Virus record (IMG/VR): IMGVR_UViG_2522125155_000001
Location: 36,650-100,649 of that record
From: a virus
Taxonomy: Duplodnaviria > Caudoviricetes
Direction: 5' to 3' (one strand)
Length of the DNA: 64,000 nt
In this document: positions 53,808 to 63,108 of the stretch, piece by piece
How positions within the stretch are numbered: position 1 is the stretch's first letter
How the letters are laid out: every line of letters begins with the position of its first letter
The notes under the pieces: generated by a model
Told to the model about the DNA's origin: nothing
The model's input: only the letters and a program-made list of their open reading frames with translations
Databases searched by the model: none
Made by a program: the position numbers and the translations under genes

Positions 53808-54067
53808 GCCGGGACATCGTACGCGCGCTCACCGTCGACCGGGGACACCTCTACATGCACAGCCCCTACTTCAAGACGGCCATCGACACGCTGGCCACCA
53901 TGCTGCCGCTGTGGGTCGAGGGGATCGCCGCCCAAGCGACCGAGCAGGACCGCCAGTACCACCGGGCGATGGAGTCCATCCGTCTCGACATGCAGCCACG
54001 CGTCTTCGTCGACCTGACCAAGGACGCACGCCGCGACATGGGCTTCCCGGGCGTACGGGACCTGTAG
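53804..54067 (+). CDS. Hypothetical protein
   Basis: GGAGG SD; GTGA coupling. Confidence 0.65.
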   Translation: MSRDIVRALTVDRGHLYMHSPYFKTAIDTLATMLPLWVEGIAAQATEQDRQYHRAMESIRLDMQPRVFVDLTKDARRDMGFPGVRDL

Positions 54068-54252
54068 TGGCCCGGGTCATCCGTAGCAGCGCCTCGGCAA
54101 GGGAGACACCCCCGTGCACGGTCTGTGGGATGCCCTCCACCTCGCGCTGGAAGGCGCGTGCAGCCTCAGACATTCATCTGTGCGACGAGCATCTGGAGCG
54201 CCACAGAGACGCCTTGAAGAAGGCGGAGTACAGCCGGGTCGAGCCAGACTGA
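54067..54252 (+). CDS. Small Zn-finger protein
   Basis: CTVCG...LCDEH. Confidence 0.55.
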   Translation: MARVIRSSASARETPPCTVCGMPSTSRWKARAASDIHLCDEHLERHRDALKKAEYSRVEPD

Positions 54253-54261
54253 CCCGTCGGC

Positions 54262-54304
54262 GGGAGCCGTGGTTCCGGAGGGGGAGCCACGGCTCCTTCA
54301 TTTT
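54262..54304 (+). terminator. Intrinsic terminator
   Basis: GGAGCCGTGGTTCC...GGAGCCACGGCTCC followed by TTCATTTT. Confidence 0.75.
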
Positions 54305-54373
54305 GGCCAGATGAAGCAATCGGATCAACTGAACGAGTTGACAGAACCGGATCGAGACCCCATCATTGATGAC

Positions 54374-54754
54374 ATGACCACAGCACTTCAGGTCGCCGAG
54401 AAGGCGATTCAACTCGCAGACCAGAACCCGCACTTCGTCTACAAGTCCCCGCTCACCGGACCCGTCAAGGACTGCCTCTACGTCCACGAGGGCAAGGGCT
54501 CCTGCATCTTCGGTCAGGCGCTGCTGGCCCTCGGGGTCGCCGACGCCGAGTACCTCGACAAGAACAAGGACCTCCGCATCGGCACACTCCTCCGGCGCAT
54601 GGCGGACGCTCGACTCATCGCGCCCATCCCCACCATCGACGATCAGGTGCTGCTCACTCGGATGGGGAGCGCTCAGCGCGCACAGGACGACGGGATGGAG
54701 TGGGGCGACGCGGTCGCGACCCTCCGCGAGCACGTGGGGAAGCAGGCGGCGTGA
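54374..54754 (+). CDS. Hypothetical protein
   Basis: TTGACA-17-CATCAT upstream; P.FVY...CLY.....SCIFGQAL...Q..QD.G..WG.A. Confidence 0.75.
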   Translation: MTTALQVAEKAIQLADQNPHFVYKSPLTGPVKDCLYVHEGKGSCIFGQALLALGVADAEYLDKNKDLRIGTLLRRMADARLIAPIPTIDDQVLLTRMGSAQRAQDDGMEWGDAVATLREHVGKQAA

Positions 54755-55401
54755 AGGCCCTCCTCTTCGCGATGCACCACGCGCAGGCCATGCACTTCAT
54801 GCGTGAGATCTCGCCGGAGCAGCGACGCGAGTTCATCGTCCTGACCGGCGACGCGTCCCTTCACCGCGCGCAGGGCTTCCGGGTAAACCGAGCGCTCTTC
54901 CTCGACGACTGGTTCCGAGGTTGGAAGCCACAGGTGGCGCAGGACATCCACGCGATGCTCTACGTCATGGGCGTCACCGACGTTTGGGAGCGCCTCGACA
55001 CCCTCCGCCAGAATCGCGCCCGCGAGGCGTTCGACCTCGGATTGACGGGCGAGAGCGAGTGGGTCTGCTTCCACATCCCGAGCATCGACCCGCCCGTGGA
55101 GCGGTACTGGTCGACGGCGAGATCCCGCAAGTTCCACGGCATGCTGCAGGCCGATAAGGGTCGCGCAGCGCTCAACGCCCTGCCCGGGCTGGACGACAAG
55201 AAGGGCAGCAAGAACCCCGTCGGCGGAATCGTCTTCAAGGAGATCCTCGACATCGACAGCCCGGACAGCACCTTCGCGTTCTACGCCGACTGGTACATCC
55301 GCCGCAACATCCGCACCCCCGAGCCCTACCTGAAGGAGATCAAGCGTGACAACATCAGCGCAGCCCTCGACTGGTTCCGACCGGCCCCTTCATCCCTCTG
55401 A
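54751..55401 (+). CDS. Hypothetical protein
   Basis: GTGA coupling. Confidence 0.65.
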   Translation: MKALLFAMHHAQAMHFMREISPEQRREFIVLTGDASLHRAQGFRVNRALFLDDWFRGWKPQVAQDIHAMLYVMGVTDVWERLDTLRQNRAREAFDLGLTGESEWVCFHIPSIDPPVERYWSTARSRKFHGMLQADKGRAALNALPGLDDKKGSKNPVGGIVFKEILDIDSPDSTFAFYADWYIRRNIRTPEPYLKEIKRDNISAALDWFRPAPSSL

Positions 55402-55594
55402 GGTCCCCGCGCTCGTCGAGCGTCTGGAGGCCAAGATCGCGGCCGAGCCGCGCTCGGAGCGCAACCTCGCCCTCGACGAGGCGGTCTTCGTCCTCGACGA
55501 CATGCGCCTGAAGTGGGACGGCGCGACGTGGGCGGGCATCCGCGCCCTCTTCGACGAGGCCATCAACCGCATCAACGCCCTCCGGGAGGCCTGA
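55346..55594 (+). CDS. Hypothetical protein
   Basis: AAGGAG SD before GTG. Confidence 0.6.
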   Translation: MTTSAQPSTGSDRPLHPSEVPALVERLEAKIAAEPRSERNLALDEAVFVLDDMRLKWDGATWAGIRALFDEAINRINALREA

Positions 55595-55595
55595 G

Positions 55596-55775
55596 ATGGC
55601 TCAGACCATGGACGGTATCCGCGCCAGCGTTCATAGCGCCGCCAAGGTGGGCTGGAACGGGGCCATCAACCGGGTCGTCGAGCGCCTCCGGGCCGAGGCA
55701 GCAGCCCGTTCCGACGAGAAGGAGCGCGCGGCCTTCGTGACCGCCTCCGTGCTGGTCGAGGGGATGGCGAAGTGA
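55596..55775 (+). CDS. Small hypothetical protein (not in ORF track)
   Basis: GGAGG SD; 59 aa; stop overlaps next start. Confidence 0.6.
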   Translation: MAQTMDGIRASVHSAAKVGWNGAINRVVERLRAEAAARSDEKERAAFVTASVLVEGMAK

Positions 55776-55981
55776 GGGTCGCAGGCCTCATCCCGACCGT
55801 CGCAGAGACCGAGCGGGTGACCATCACGGCCCCCGACGGCCTCCAGTACGCCGTCGAGGTGGTTCAGGAGCGCAAGGGGTACTACCTGAGGGTCTCCACC
55901 CTCGACGGAACGCCTCTGTCGTCGCACCATCCGGCCTCCTACCCCTTCCAGAGTGTGCTTCTGGTCGGTCCGAGGTCCTGA
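55772..55981 (+). CDS. Hypothetical protein
   Basis: Coupled both sides. Confidence 0.6.
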   Translation: MRVAGLIPTVAETERVTITAPDGLQYAVEVVQERKGYYLRVSTLDGTPLSSHHPASYPFQSVLLVGPRS

Positions 55982-56235
55982 TGACGAACGAAAACGCGAT
56001 TTCGTTCGATGTGGACGCCGAAACGGCCTCCCTCTGGCTCACTGAGCACGCCATCAGCGCCGGATTCCGCCCCTACGTGGGCTTCCAGCACTCCGTGACC
56101 GTCCAGATCGGCGAGAACGAGCGTGCGTGGAACCCCGACGGCCCCTACTTCAAGGGCCCGGACACCATCACGTACATCAAGAACACCACGACGGGCGTCG
56201 TCAGAGCCCGAGTCGCGGCCGAACTCTTCGAGTGA
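55981..56235 (+). CDS. Hypothetical protein
   Basis: TGATG coupling. Confidence 0.62.
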   Translation: MTNENAISFDVDAETASLWLTEHAISAGFRPYVGFQHSVTVQIGENERAWNPDGPYFKGPDTITYIKNTTTGVVRARVAAELFE

Positions 56236-56283
56236 GTGTCAACCGGCACGCTCGAACCGCATGACCAGAACCGAAAGGCAACC

Positions 56284-56964
56284 ATGACCGCTGCAATGCT
56301 CGAACCGCCCGCCCAGCACCCGGAACTGCCGGTCCTGCTGGAGGAGCCGGAGTACGACCTCTCCCACCTCGCCCCCAACATCACCCGACCGCTCGCGCTG
56401 GCCGTCGACATCGACGACGTCATTCATCCGTGGTACGCCCTCGCGCACAAGGCCTGCGTGGCGGCGAACCTCGGCAAGGCACGGAGCGTCATGCCCACCT
56501 CGTGGACCATGCACGAGGCCTACGAGGTCCCCCTCGACGAGTGGGTCAAGGTCATCAACGAGGCCACCCTCGGCGGCGACCTCTACACCGCCCCGCCGCT
56601 GCCGAACGTCGGCTACTGGCTCGACCTCCTGCGCGAGGTCGGTCACGAGGTCCACTTCGTCACGGCGCGCGGCCTTCATCAGGGCGAGGGCGTCATCGGC
56701 GACCTGCGCGACATCATCCGCAAGAAGACCGTCGACTACGTCTTCGAGAACGACCTCGCGCACGACTCGCTGACGTTCCTGAAGGACAAGCGCCGCTTCC
56801 TCGCCGACATCTACGTGGACGACGGCGTGCACAACATCAAGGCCCTCTCGGAGGCTGGCCGGGTCGCGTACCTCGTGGACGCTCCGCACAACCAGCGCTT
56901 CGACTACGCCCCTCGCGTGCCGTCCTTCGCGGCCTTCGCCAAGATGATCGTCGAGGCAACGTGA
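56284..56964 (+). CDS. 5'(3')-deoxyribonucleotidase-like HAD phosphatase
   Basis: AVDIDDVI, FVTAR, DK, YVDD..HN, PHN. Confidence 0.85.
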   Translation: MTAAMLEPPAQHPELPVLLEEPEYDLSHLAPNITRPLALAVDIDDVIHPWYALAHKACVAANLGKARSVMPTSWTMHEAYEVPLDEWVKVINEATLGGDLYTAPPLPNVGYWLDLLREVGHEVHFVTARGLHQGEGVIGDLRDIIRKKTVDYVFENDLAHDSLTFLKDKRRFLADIYVDDGVHNIKALSEAGRVAYLVDAPHNQRFDYAPRVPSFAAFAKMIVEAT

Positions 56965-57251
56965 CGGCCGTCGCCCGGGCTACCGACCCGGAGACCAGCC
57001 ACGAGGCAGCCGCGTCCGTCGGCGACGTGCGTGAGTCCCAGCGGTTCGTCCACAGCCTGCTGAAGGCCTCCGGCGGCGCGACCGACGAAGCGCTCGTCAA
57101 CACCACCCAGAACCTCGGGTTCCCGATCAGCCCGTCGGGGCTGCGCACCCGTCGCTCAGAACTCGTGCGGCTCGGGCTCGTGGAGGACTCGGGGGAGCGA
57201 GAGCGCCTCGCCAGCGGACGCCGAGCCATCGTCTGGCGGGTGCGCCGATGA
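56961..57251 (+). CDS. Winged-HTH DNA-binding protein
   Basis: ARATDPETSHEAA...TDEAL...SGLRTRRSELV..GLV.DSG...SGR.AIVW. Confidence 0.75.
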   Translation: MTAVARATDPETSHEAAASVGDVRESQRFVHSLLKASGGATDEALVNTTQNLGFPISPSGLRTRRSELVRLGLVEDSGERERLASGRRAIVWRVRR

Positions 57252-57544
57252 GCGCCCACGCCATCCTGCGTCGCGACCTGATGGGGCTCAACCTCATCGT
57301 CAGCCCGGCACCGGGTCAGGTCATCCACTGGAACGCCCTCGGATACACGCTGGCAGAGGGGACTCGCCCGGGGCCGGAAGCGGACCTGCGGCTGTCCGAG
57401 GAGACCGCACGGGCCATCTACGAGGCCCTCGCCGAGCACTTCGGTCTGGCGGGCTCCACGGCCCTCCTGAAGGCCCACACGGAGGCCCTGCAGATCGAGC
57501 GGCAGCGCGTCGACAAGTTCATCAACCACCACCTCGACACCTGA
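57248..57544 (+). CDS. Hypothetical protein
   Basis: ATGA coupling. Confidence 0.68.
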   Translation: MSAHAILRRDLMGLNLIVSPAPGQVIHWNALGYTLAEGTRPGPEADLRLSEETARAIYEALAEHFGLAGSTALLKAHTEALQIERQRVDKFINHHLDT

Positions 57545-57552
57545 GGAACGCC

Positions 57553-57717
57553 ATGAGTGACAAGCCTCTCGGAGCGAACTGCTCCTCCGGCTGCAAGACG
57601 AAGAACCATGCGTCGTACGGCGAGTGCCTGCGGCAGAAGAACACCGGCGCACAGGGGATGTCATCCGCCCCCAGCGTCTTCTCGAAGAACACCCCGACTC
57701 CCAAGGAGAGCAAGTGA
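57553..57717 (+). CDS. Small Cys/His protein (not in ORF track)
   Basis: GAGGA SD; CSSGCKTKNHASYGECLR; 54 aa. Confidence 0.65.
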   Translation: MSDKPLGANCSSGCKTKNHASYGECLRQKNTGAQGMSSAPSVFSKNTPTPKESK

Positions 57718-57938
57718 GCACGACCGTGAAGACCGTCACCGAGATCGAGTACGACGCCGCAGGCCGGGTCGTCAAGGAGACCAAGACGACGACCGAGACC
57801 CCGACCTACAACCCCGGGGGAACCGTCTGGGTCGACCCGCCCTACGGACACGGGCTCGGTCTCGGCGGTCATATCCGCCGCGTGACGCCGCCGTACACCG
57901 CCACCTTCGTCAACGACAAGACGGCGGGGGACAAGTGA
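57714..57938 (+). CDS. Hypothetical protein
   Basis: AAGGAG SD; EYDAAGRVVKET. Confidence 0.65.
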   Translation: MSTTVKTVTEIEYDAAGRVVKETKTTTETPTYNPGGTVWVDPPYGHGLGLGGHIRRVTPPYTATFVNDKTAGDK

Positions 57939-58216
57939 ACCGCAAGCGCAGGGTCACCCTCGCCGTCGGAGCCGCCATCCTCGCCTTCTTCACGCTGACC
58001 GCTGAGGGCTGTGACAAGGCCGTCGAGCAGTATCAGGACGCGCCCATCGGCCAGCGCATCAACAAGGACGTCACCATCGTCGAGATGCCGGACGGCTACG
58101 CCAACATCGCCACGGTCTGCAAGGCAGGCGTCCGCTACTCGTCGGCGACCGTCGGCGGGCAGACCGAGGCCCGGGCCATTCAGGTCACCCTCGACCCGGC
58201 CTGCGACGGGAAGTGA
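57935..58216 (+). CDS. Putative lipoprotein
   Basis: Basic N-terminus, hydrophobic stretch, AEGC; MPDGY.NIATVC. Confidence 0.7.
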   Translation: MNRKRRVTLAVGAAILAFFTLTAEGCDKAVEQYQDAPIGQRINKDVTIVEMPDGYANIATVCKAGVRYSSATVGGQTEARAIQVTLDPACDGK

Positions 58217-58217
58217 C

Positions 58218-58466
58218 ATGAGCCGCCAGACCAAGGAGAACGCCACAGCGGCCTTCCGCGCGGTCGTCATGACCCACTACCCCGCCTCCGATGGGCGAGA
58301 GGCTTCCGTCGTCATCAACGTCTACGGCCCGTACCAGAACATCGGTGCTGCCCGGGCTGCCGCCAAGCGTGAGGGTCAGGTCTGGGGCTACTCCGTCCAG
58401 CGCGGCATCACGAAGACGTCGAAGATCCAGCGCTCCTCGCTCGCGTGGGAGGACATCGAGCCGTGA
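58218..58466 (+). CDS. Hypothetical protein
   Basis: YGPY....AARAA pattern. Confidence 0.65.
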   Translation: MSRQTKENATAAFRAVVMTHYPASDGREASVVINVYGPYQNIGAARAAAKREGQVWGYSVQRGITKTSKIQRSSLAWEDIEP

Positions 58467-58684
58467 GCGTCATGTGCCAGCAGGGCCTGAACCAGCGCAA
58501 CAAGGCCCGCTCGGACTACGGGGTTCTCGCCCGTGCAGCCCGCAAGGCGGCGAGCACGAGGAACCCCAAGCACGAGGCCGAGGCTCTCCGGCTGAAGGCA
58601 GAGATCCAAGAGACCAAGCGGCTGCTCGCCGATCACGTGAGCCGCTGCATCACCTGCTCCACCTCATCTGACAACACCATCTGA
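58463..58684 (+). CDS. Hypothetical protein
   Basis: GGAGG SD; C...H...C..C. Confidence 0.6.
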   Translation: MSVMCQQGLNQRNKARSDYGVLARAARKAASTRNPKHEAEALRLKAEIQETKRLLADHVSRCITCSTSSDNTI

Positions 58685-58779
58685 CGTTCGAGGCCCGGCA
58701 TCCACGTAGGGTGCCGGGTCTTGACGTAAACCGGAACACCTGTCACGATTGACGCAACCGATTCGGAGAAGGGATTCAC

Positions 58780-59211
58780 ATGACCACTGTGATGTACGAG
58801 ACCGACGCTGACCTTCATCGCGAGCAGGTCACCATCGACCGCTTCCTCGCCAAGTTCCCCGGAGCCACGGCCGAGAAGTTGGAGCGCCACTTCCACGCCG
58901 ACTTCGCGATCCTCAGCGCCAAGGGCAAGACCGTCCTCTACGTCGAGGTGAAGGAGCGCTTCTGCTCCCGCCGCCGCTACAGCACGTACTGGATCGGGGA
59001 GTCCCGCCTTCAGCGCCTCGCCCGCACCGCTCTCCGCGACGGCGTGGAGCCCCTCCTGCTCGTGCAGTGGACGGACGGGCTCGGCTACGTCGACCCCCGT
59101 GTCGCGCTGGAGAACTCGACCATCTCCATCGGCGGGCGCACCGACCGCAACGACGAGCGCGACGTCGAGCGCATGGCCTCGTTCCCCTTCAGCCTCTTCA
59201 CCTTCATCTGA
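58780..59211 (+). CDS. PD-(D/E)xK-type nuclease-like protein
   Basis: ADFAI.......YVEVKER; upstream TTGACG-17-CACGAT promoter. Confidence 0.7.
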   Translation: MTTVMYETDADLHREQVTIDRFLAKFPGATAEKLERHFHADFAILSAKGKTVLYVEVKERFCSRRRYSTYWIGESRLQRLARTALRDGVEPLLLVQWTDGLGYVDPRVALENSTISIGGRTDRNDERDVERMASFPFSLFTFI

Positions 59212-59225
59212 CCAAGGAGACCCTC

Positions 59226-60428
59226 TTGCTGCTTCGCTCACTCATCGAGCCCCTGCTGCTCCAGAACGAGATCGACGCGGGCTACATCACCGTCCGCAGT
59301 CATCCCGACGACGCGGACCTGAAGATCCTCAACTACACCGACAACGCCCAGTACGACGACCACTGGACGCCCGCCACGCTGCAGTGCCGGGGGCTCATCG
59401 TCCACGGCAAGACGTGGGAGACCGCCGTCGTCCGTGCACGCCCGTTCGACAAGTTCTTCAACCTCGGTCAGGCGTGGGCCCCGACCCTCTTCCCGGACAC
59501 GTGGGTGACCGCGTACGACAAGATGGACGGCTCGCTGGGCATCCTCTACGTCGCGCCCGACGGGCTGCTCTCCGTGGCCACCAGAGGCGCGTTCACGTCC
59601 GAGCAGGCCCTTCATGCCACCCGTGTCTACCGGGAGCGCTACGCGGGCAAGTGGCACGAGGAGTCGGCCAATCTGGGGATCCTCACGTACCTCTTCGAGA
59701 TCATCTACCCGGAGAACCGCGTCGTCCTCAACTACGGCGAGCAGGACGACCTCGTGCTCCTCGGCTGCCGGAAGATCAGCACCGGCCTGACCGACACCCC
59801 GAAGTTCGTCAGGGATGTCGACGGCTGGCCCGGGCCCATCACGGAGACGCTTCATCGCGGGTCCATGGCTGAGGTCATGGCGGCTCCGGACCGGAAGAAC
59901 GCCGAGGGGATGGTCCTCGTCCTGAACGGCTCCGAGGAGCGTGTGAAGGTCAAGCAGGAGGACTACGTCGCCCTGCACCGGATCATCTTCGGCCTCAACG
60001 AGCGTGTCATCTGGACGCACATGGCCGTCGCCGCGTGCAAGGACCTCATCACTGAGCCCAACCACTGGGGCTCGTACCTGCGCATGGACCCGGCCGACGC
60101 AGCCGCGTCCCTCGCTCTCGGCGACGACTGGCTCGCCGGGCTCGTCGCGGGCGGCAAGGTCCCCGACGAGGTGTTCCCGTGGATCGAGGCGACCACCCGC
60201 AGGATCGCGGCCGAGCGCCGCAACCTGTTCCGGCACGGGCTCGGACTGGCGGAGTCAGTACGGGACATGTCGCCCTTCGAGCAGCACGCCGCTCTGCGGC
60301 ACCACCCACTCGTCAAGGAGGTCCTGCACTACGTCCGCACGGGCGACCCCGACCGCCTCCGTATCCGTTCATGGGCGGAGAGCCAGCCCGAGGGCAACCG
60401 ACCCTTCACCTACACCGCAGCAGCCTGA
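59226..60428 (+). CDS. T4 Rnl1-like RNA ligase
   Basis: CRGLI, RPFDKFFN, KMDGSLG, ATRG.F, FEII, EGMV, KVKQEDY; AAGGAG before TTG. Confidence 0.92.
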   Translation: MLLRSLIEPLLLQNEIDAGYITVRSHPDDADLKILNYTDNAQYDDHWTPATLQCRGLIVHGKTWETAVVRARPFDKFFNLGQAWAPTLFPDTWVTAYDKMDGSLGILYVAPDGLLSVATRGAFTSEQALHATRVYRERYAGKWHEESANLGILTYLFEIIYPENRVVLNYGEQDDLVLLGCRKISTGLTDTPKFVRDVDGWPGPITETLHRGSMAEVMAAPDRKNAEGMVLVLNGSEERVKVKQEDYVALHRIIFGLNERVIWTHMAVAACKDLITEPNHWGSYLRMDPADAAASLALGDDWLAGLVAGGKVPDEVFPWIEATTRRIAAERRNLFRHGLGLAESVRDMSPFEQHAALRHHPLVKEVLHYVRTGDPDRLRIRSWAESQPEGNRPFTYTAAA

Positions 60429-60438
60429 AAGGACCACC

Positions 60439-61347
60439 ATGACCGACCTCATCATCACCCGGGGACTCCCCGGCTCGGGCAAGACCACCTTCGCCAAGAG
60501 CCTCGTCCAGTCGACGAATCATCCGATGCAGCGGGTCAACCGCGACGACCTGCGCGAGATGCGCTTCGGCAAGACCCACGGCCTGACCAAGGAGCAGGAG
60601 GAGCAGATCACCACCCTTGCCAAGGCGCAGGTCTCCGGGGCTCTGAAGGCGGGCATCAGCGTCGTCATCGACGACACCAACCTCAACAAGATGACCGTGA
60701 AGCAGTGGCAGCGCATGGCGTTCGACCACGACGCCGACTTCCGCTCGGTCGACTTCGAGATCCCCGTCGAGAAGTGCATCGCGTGGTCCATGCACCGCTG
60801 GTACGAGGGCGGGCGCAAGGTGCCGGAGGACGCCATCCGGAAGATGCACAAGCGCTACTTCAAGAACGGGGAGTTCCCGCTCCTGCCCGAGATCGAGACC
60901 CCGCCGGTCGAGCCGTACGTCGCGCCGAAGGGGAAGCCGGAGGCCTATGTCGTCGACATCGACGGGACGCTCACGCTGGGCCCGCACAACCGTGGTCCGT
61001 TCCAGTGGCACAAGGTCGAGCAGGACCTCCCGAACGCGGCAGTCATCGACGTCGTCAACAACCTGTGGTCGGGCGGCGACGAGATCATTTTCCTGTCCGG
61101 CCGCAGTGAGGAGGCCCGTGCGGGCACCAAGCGCTGGCTGGAGAAGCACACGCTGGTGTCGGCCCCCCTCTACATGCGCCCGGCGGGGGACTGGCGACGC
61201 GACGACATCGTCAAGCAGGAGTTGTTCGACCTGCACGTCCGCTACGACTACCACGTCCTCGGCGTCTTCGACGACCGTGCGCAGGTCGTCCGGCAGTGGC
61301 GTCGCATCGGGCTCCCGGTGTTTCAGGTCGCGGACGGTGACTTCTGA
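60439..61347 (+). CDS. pseT: Polynucleotide 5'-kinase/3'-phosphatase (T4 PseT-like)
   Basis: GLPGSGKTT, NRDDLR, DDTN; DIDGTL, LSGR, MR..GD.R.D.IVK, FDDR.QVV, QVA.GDF. Confidence 0.93.
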   Translation: MTDLIITRGLPGSGKTTFAKSLVQSTNHPMQRVNRDDLREMRFGKTHGLTKEQEEQITTLAKAQVSGALKAGISVVIDDTNLNKMTVKQWQRMAFDHDADFRSVDFEIPVEKCIAWSMHRWYEGGRKVPEDAIRKMHKRYFKNGEFPLLPEIETPPVEPYVAPKGKPEAYVVDIDGTLTLGPHNRGPFQWHKVEQDLPNAAVIDVVNNLWSGGDEIIFLSGRSEEARAGTKRWLEKHTLVSAPLYMRPAGDWRRDDIVKQELFDLHVRYDYHVLGVFDDRAQVVRQWRRIGLPVFQVADGDF

Positions 61348-61853
61348 TGGGCCCCGTCGACCGAGAGATCGCGGCCATCAAGAAGGTCATCGGCATGTTC
61401 CAGCCGGGCCTGCAGTACACCGCCGTGCAGATCCGCCAGATCGCCGGGTACGCCATCGCGGAGTACGAGCGAGAGGCCGAGAAGCAGGAGCGCCAGAAGG
61501 CGGCTCAGCAGGTCGTCAAGAACGCGCTGAAGGTCAAGGGCACCAAGGTCCACATCGGTGGCGTCACGCTCCACAACGTCCACCTGCCCTTCACCTGCCA
61601 CGGCGAGACGTGCTGGATCCACAAGCCCTCCGCGCACCACATGCGGAACTGGGACGTCTCGTGGCGCGCAGACCGCCACATGCTGGAGCGCCACTGCCCC
61701 GAGCACGGCGTCGGTCATCCGGACCCGGACCAGCCCCTCTGGGACTGGACCCACGGATGCTGCGGCTGCTGCCTCGGTACCCACTACGCCCCAATCTCGG
61801 ACATTTCATCCGAAAATGCGGCGTCAACCGTATCGGGTGAGCAGATTGCCTGA
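61347..61853 (+). CDS. Cys/His-rich hypothetical protein
   Basis: C....C.IH.PS.HHM...ERHC..HGVGHPDPD...HGCCGCC. Confidence 0.72.
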   Translation: MGPVDREIAAIKKVIGMFQPGLQYTAVQIRQIAGYAIAEYEREAEKQERQKAAQQVVKNALKVKGTKVHIGGVTLHNVHLPFTCHGETCWIHKPSAHHMRNWDVSWRADRHMLERHCPEHGVGHPDPDQPLWDWTHGCCGCCLGTHYAPISDISSENAASTVSGEQIA

Positions 61854-62121
61854 TACGATTGTCGAAGACGCCTCAGGGAGAGTCGCCACCCACGTGGGTC
61901 GGTTTCTCGCCCTTCCGGTGTCACGGACCAACCTCAGCAAGGACCTCGCGGGCTTCTTCACCGAAGTCCTCGACGACGAGGATCACGACCAGATCCACAA
62001 CCTCGTCAACTCGCTCATCGTGAACGTCCTCGACGCGCACCTCGACAACGCCTACTGGCAGGGTCGTAGGACCGGACACGGCGAGCACCACGGCACCATC
62101 CCCGGTGTCAGCACCACGTGA
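61837..62121 (+). CDS. Hypothetical protein
   Basis: Fills gap; start uncertain (61837 or 61846). Confidence 0.55.
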   Translation: MSRLPDTIVEDASGRVATHVGRFLALPVSRTNLSKDLAGFFTEVLDDEDHDQIHNLVNSLIVNVLDAHLDNAYWQGRRTGHGEHHGTIPGVSTT

Positions 62122-62501
62122 TTCACTCCCATCAGACATCATCAACAGACCCTTCAGGAGCCGTCTTGACCGTTCAGCCCGAGGCCACCACGTACTCGCA
62201 CTACTCGCCGTTCCCGTCCGAGCCGGAGAACCACTTCCGCGCCATCAAGGGAGAGGTCTTCACGGACAACCAGCAGTTCGTCACGCAGATCGACATCGCC
62301 TACCAGATCGGCTTCGCCGGACAGGTGACGAGCGTCCGCCTCAACGTGGCCGTGGACACCGACGAGCACGGCGTGCCGCTCTACGACGGCATGGACGAGG
62401 TCAACGCCGCCAAGGCCGATCTGGAGTTCATGCATCAGCACTGGATCGAGTTCTACGCGGCGGCGAAGTCGGCCCTCGAAGAGATCCCGTCAGCCGCCTG
62501 A
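62118..62501 (+). CDS. Hypothetical acidic protein
   Basis: Good codon bias; start uncertain. Confidence 0.65.
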   Translation: MIHSHQTSSTDPSGAVLTVQPEATTYSHYSPFPSEPENHFRAIKGEVFTDNQQFVTQIDIAYQIGFAGQVTSVRLNVAVDTDEHGVPLYDGMDEVNAAKADLEFMHQHWIEFYAAAKSALEEIPSAA

Positions 62502-62515
62502 CCAACAGCACCACC

Positions 62516-62558
62516 CGCGAAGCGCTCCAGACACAGTGGTTGTCTGGGGCGCTTCGTG
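62516..62558 (+). terminator. Hairpin terminator
   Basis: CGCGAAGCGCTCCAGACA...TGTCTGGGGCGCTTCGTG. Confidence 0.7.
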
Positions 62559-62701
62559 CGTTACGGACAGGTAACGGAATCCGCAAGCCAAGTGCAAGAT
62601 TCGTATGAAAGGGCTTACATATATCGGCGAGAATTGACATGACAAGCGGCTCCTGCCACGCTGTTTCCAACAGGGTCGACACACAAATTGGAAGAGGAGC
62701 C

Positions 62702-63097
62702 ATGGCAGACGAAGTCATCAAGCGTTGTGACTTGCTGGTCGGGCGGGGCCGGAACCGGAAGCCACACGGTGAGGTCATCGAGGACGGCCAGAGCACGAAG
62801 TTCCGAGTGAACGGCAGAGACTACGAGGCGGACCTGTGCACCGAGCACCGCGCCGCGCTGACCGAGGCGGTGTCCGACTTCATCGCGGTCTCCCGTCGAT
62901 CTGGCACCAGCCTCCCGAGGAACGCACGAGGCCGCGCAGTGATGCGGGCCAAGGGTGGGGTGATGTTCACGACCAAGGACGTCCGGCGCTGGCTGGAGGA
63001 CGAGGCCGCAGCAGGCAGAGGTGAAGCGCCCTCCCCCTCGGGGCGTATCCCGAACTCCGACATCGAGCGGTACAAGATGGCCAACGGCCTCGCCTGA
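62702..63097 (+). CDS. lsr2: Divergent Lsr2-family protein
   Basis: F.VNGRDYEADLC.EH..AL; VRRWL......SPSGRIP...IERY. Confidence 0.82.
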   Translation: MADEVIKRCDLLVGRGRNRKPHGEVIEDGQSTKFRVNGRDYEADLCTEHRAALTEAVSDFIAVSRRSGTSLPRNARGRAVMRAKGGVMFTTKDVRRWLEDEAAAGRGEAPSPSGRIPNSDIERYKMANGLA

Positions 63098-63108
63098 CCA
63101 CCCGACGA

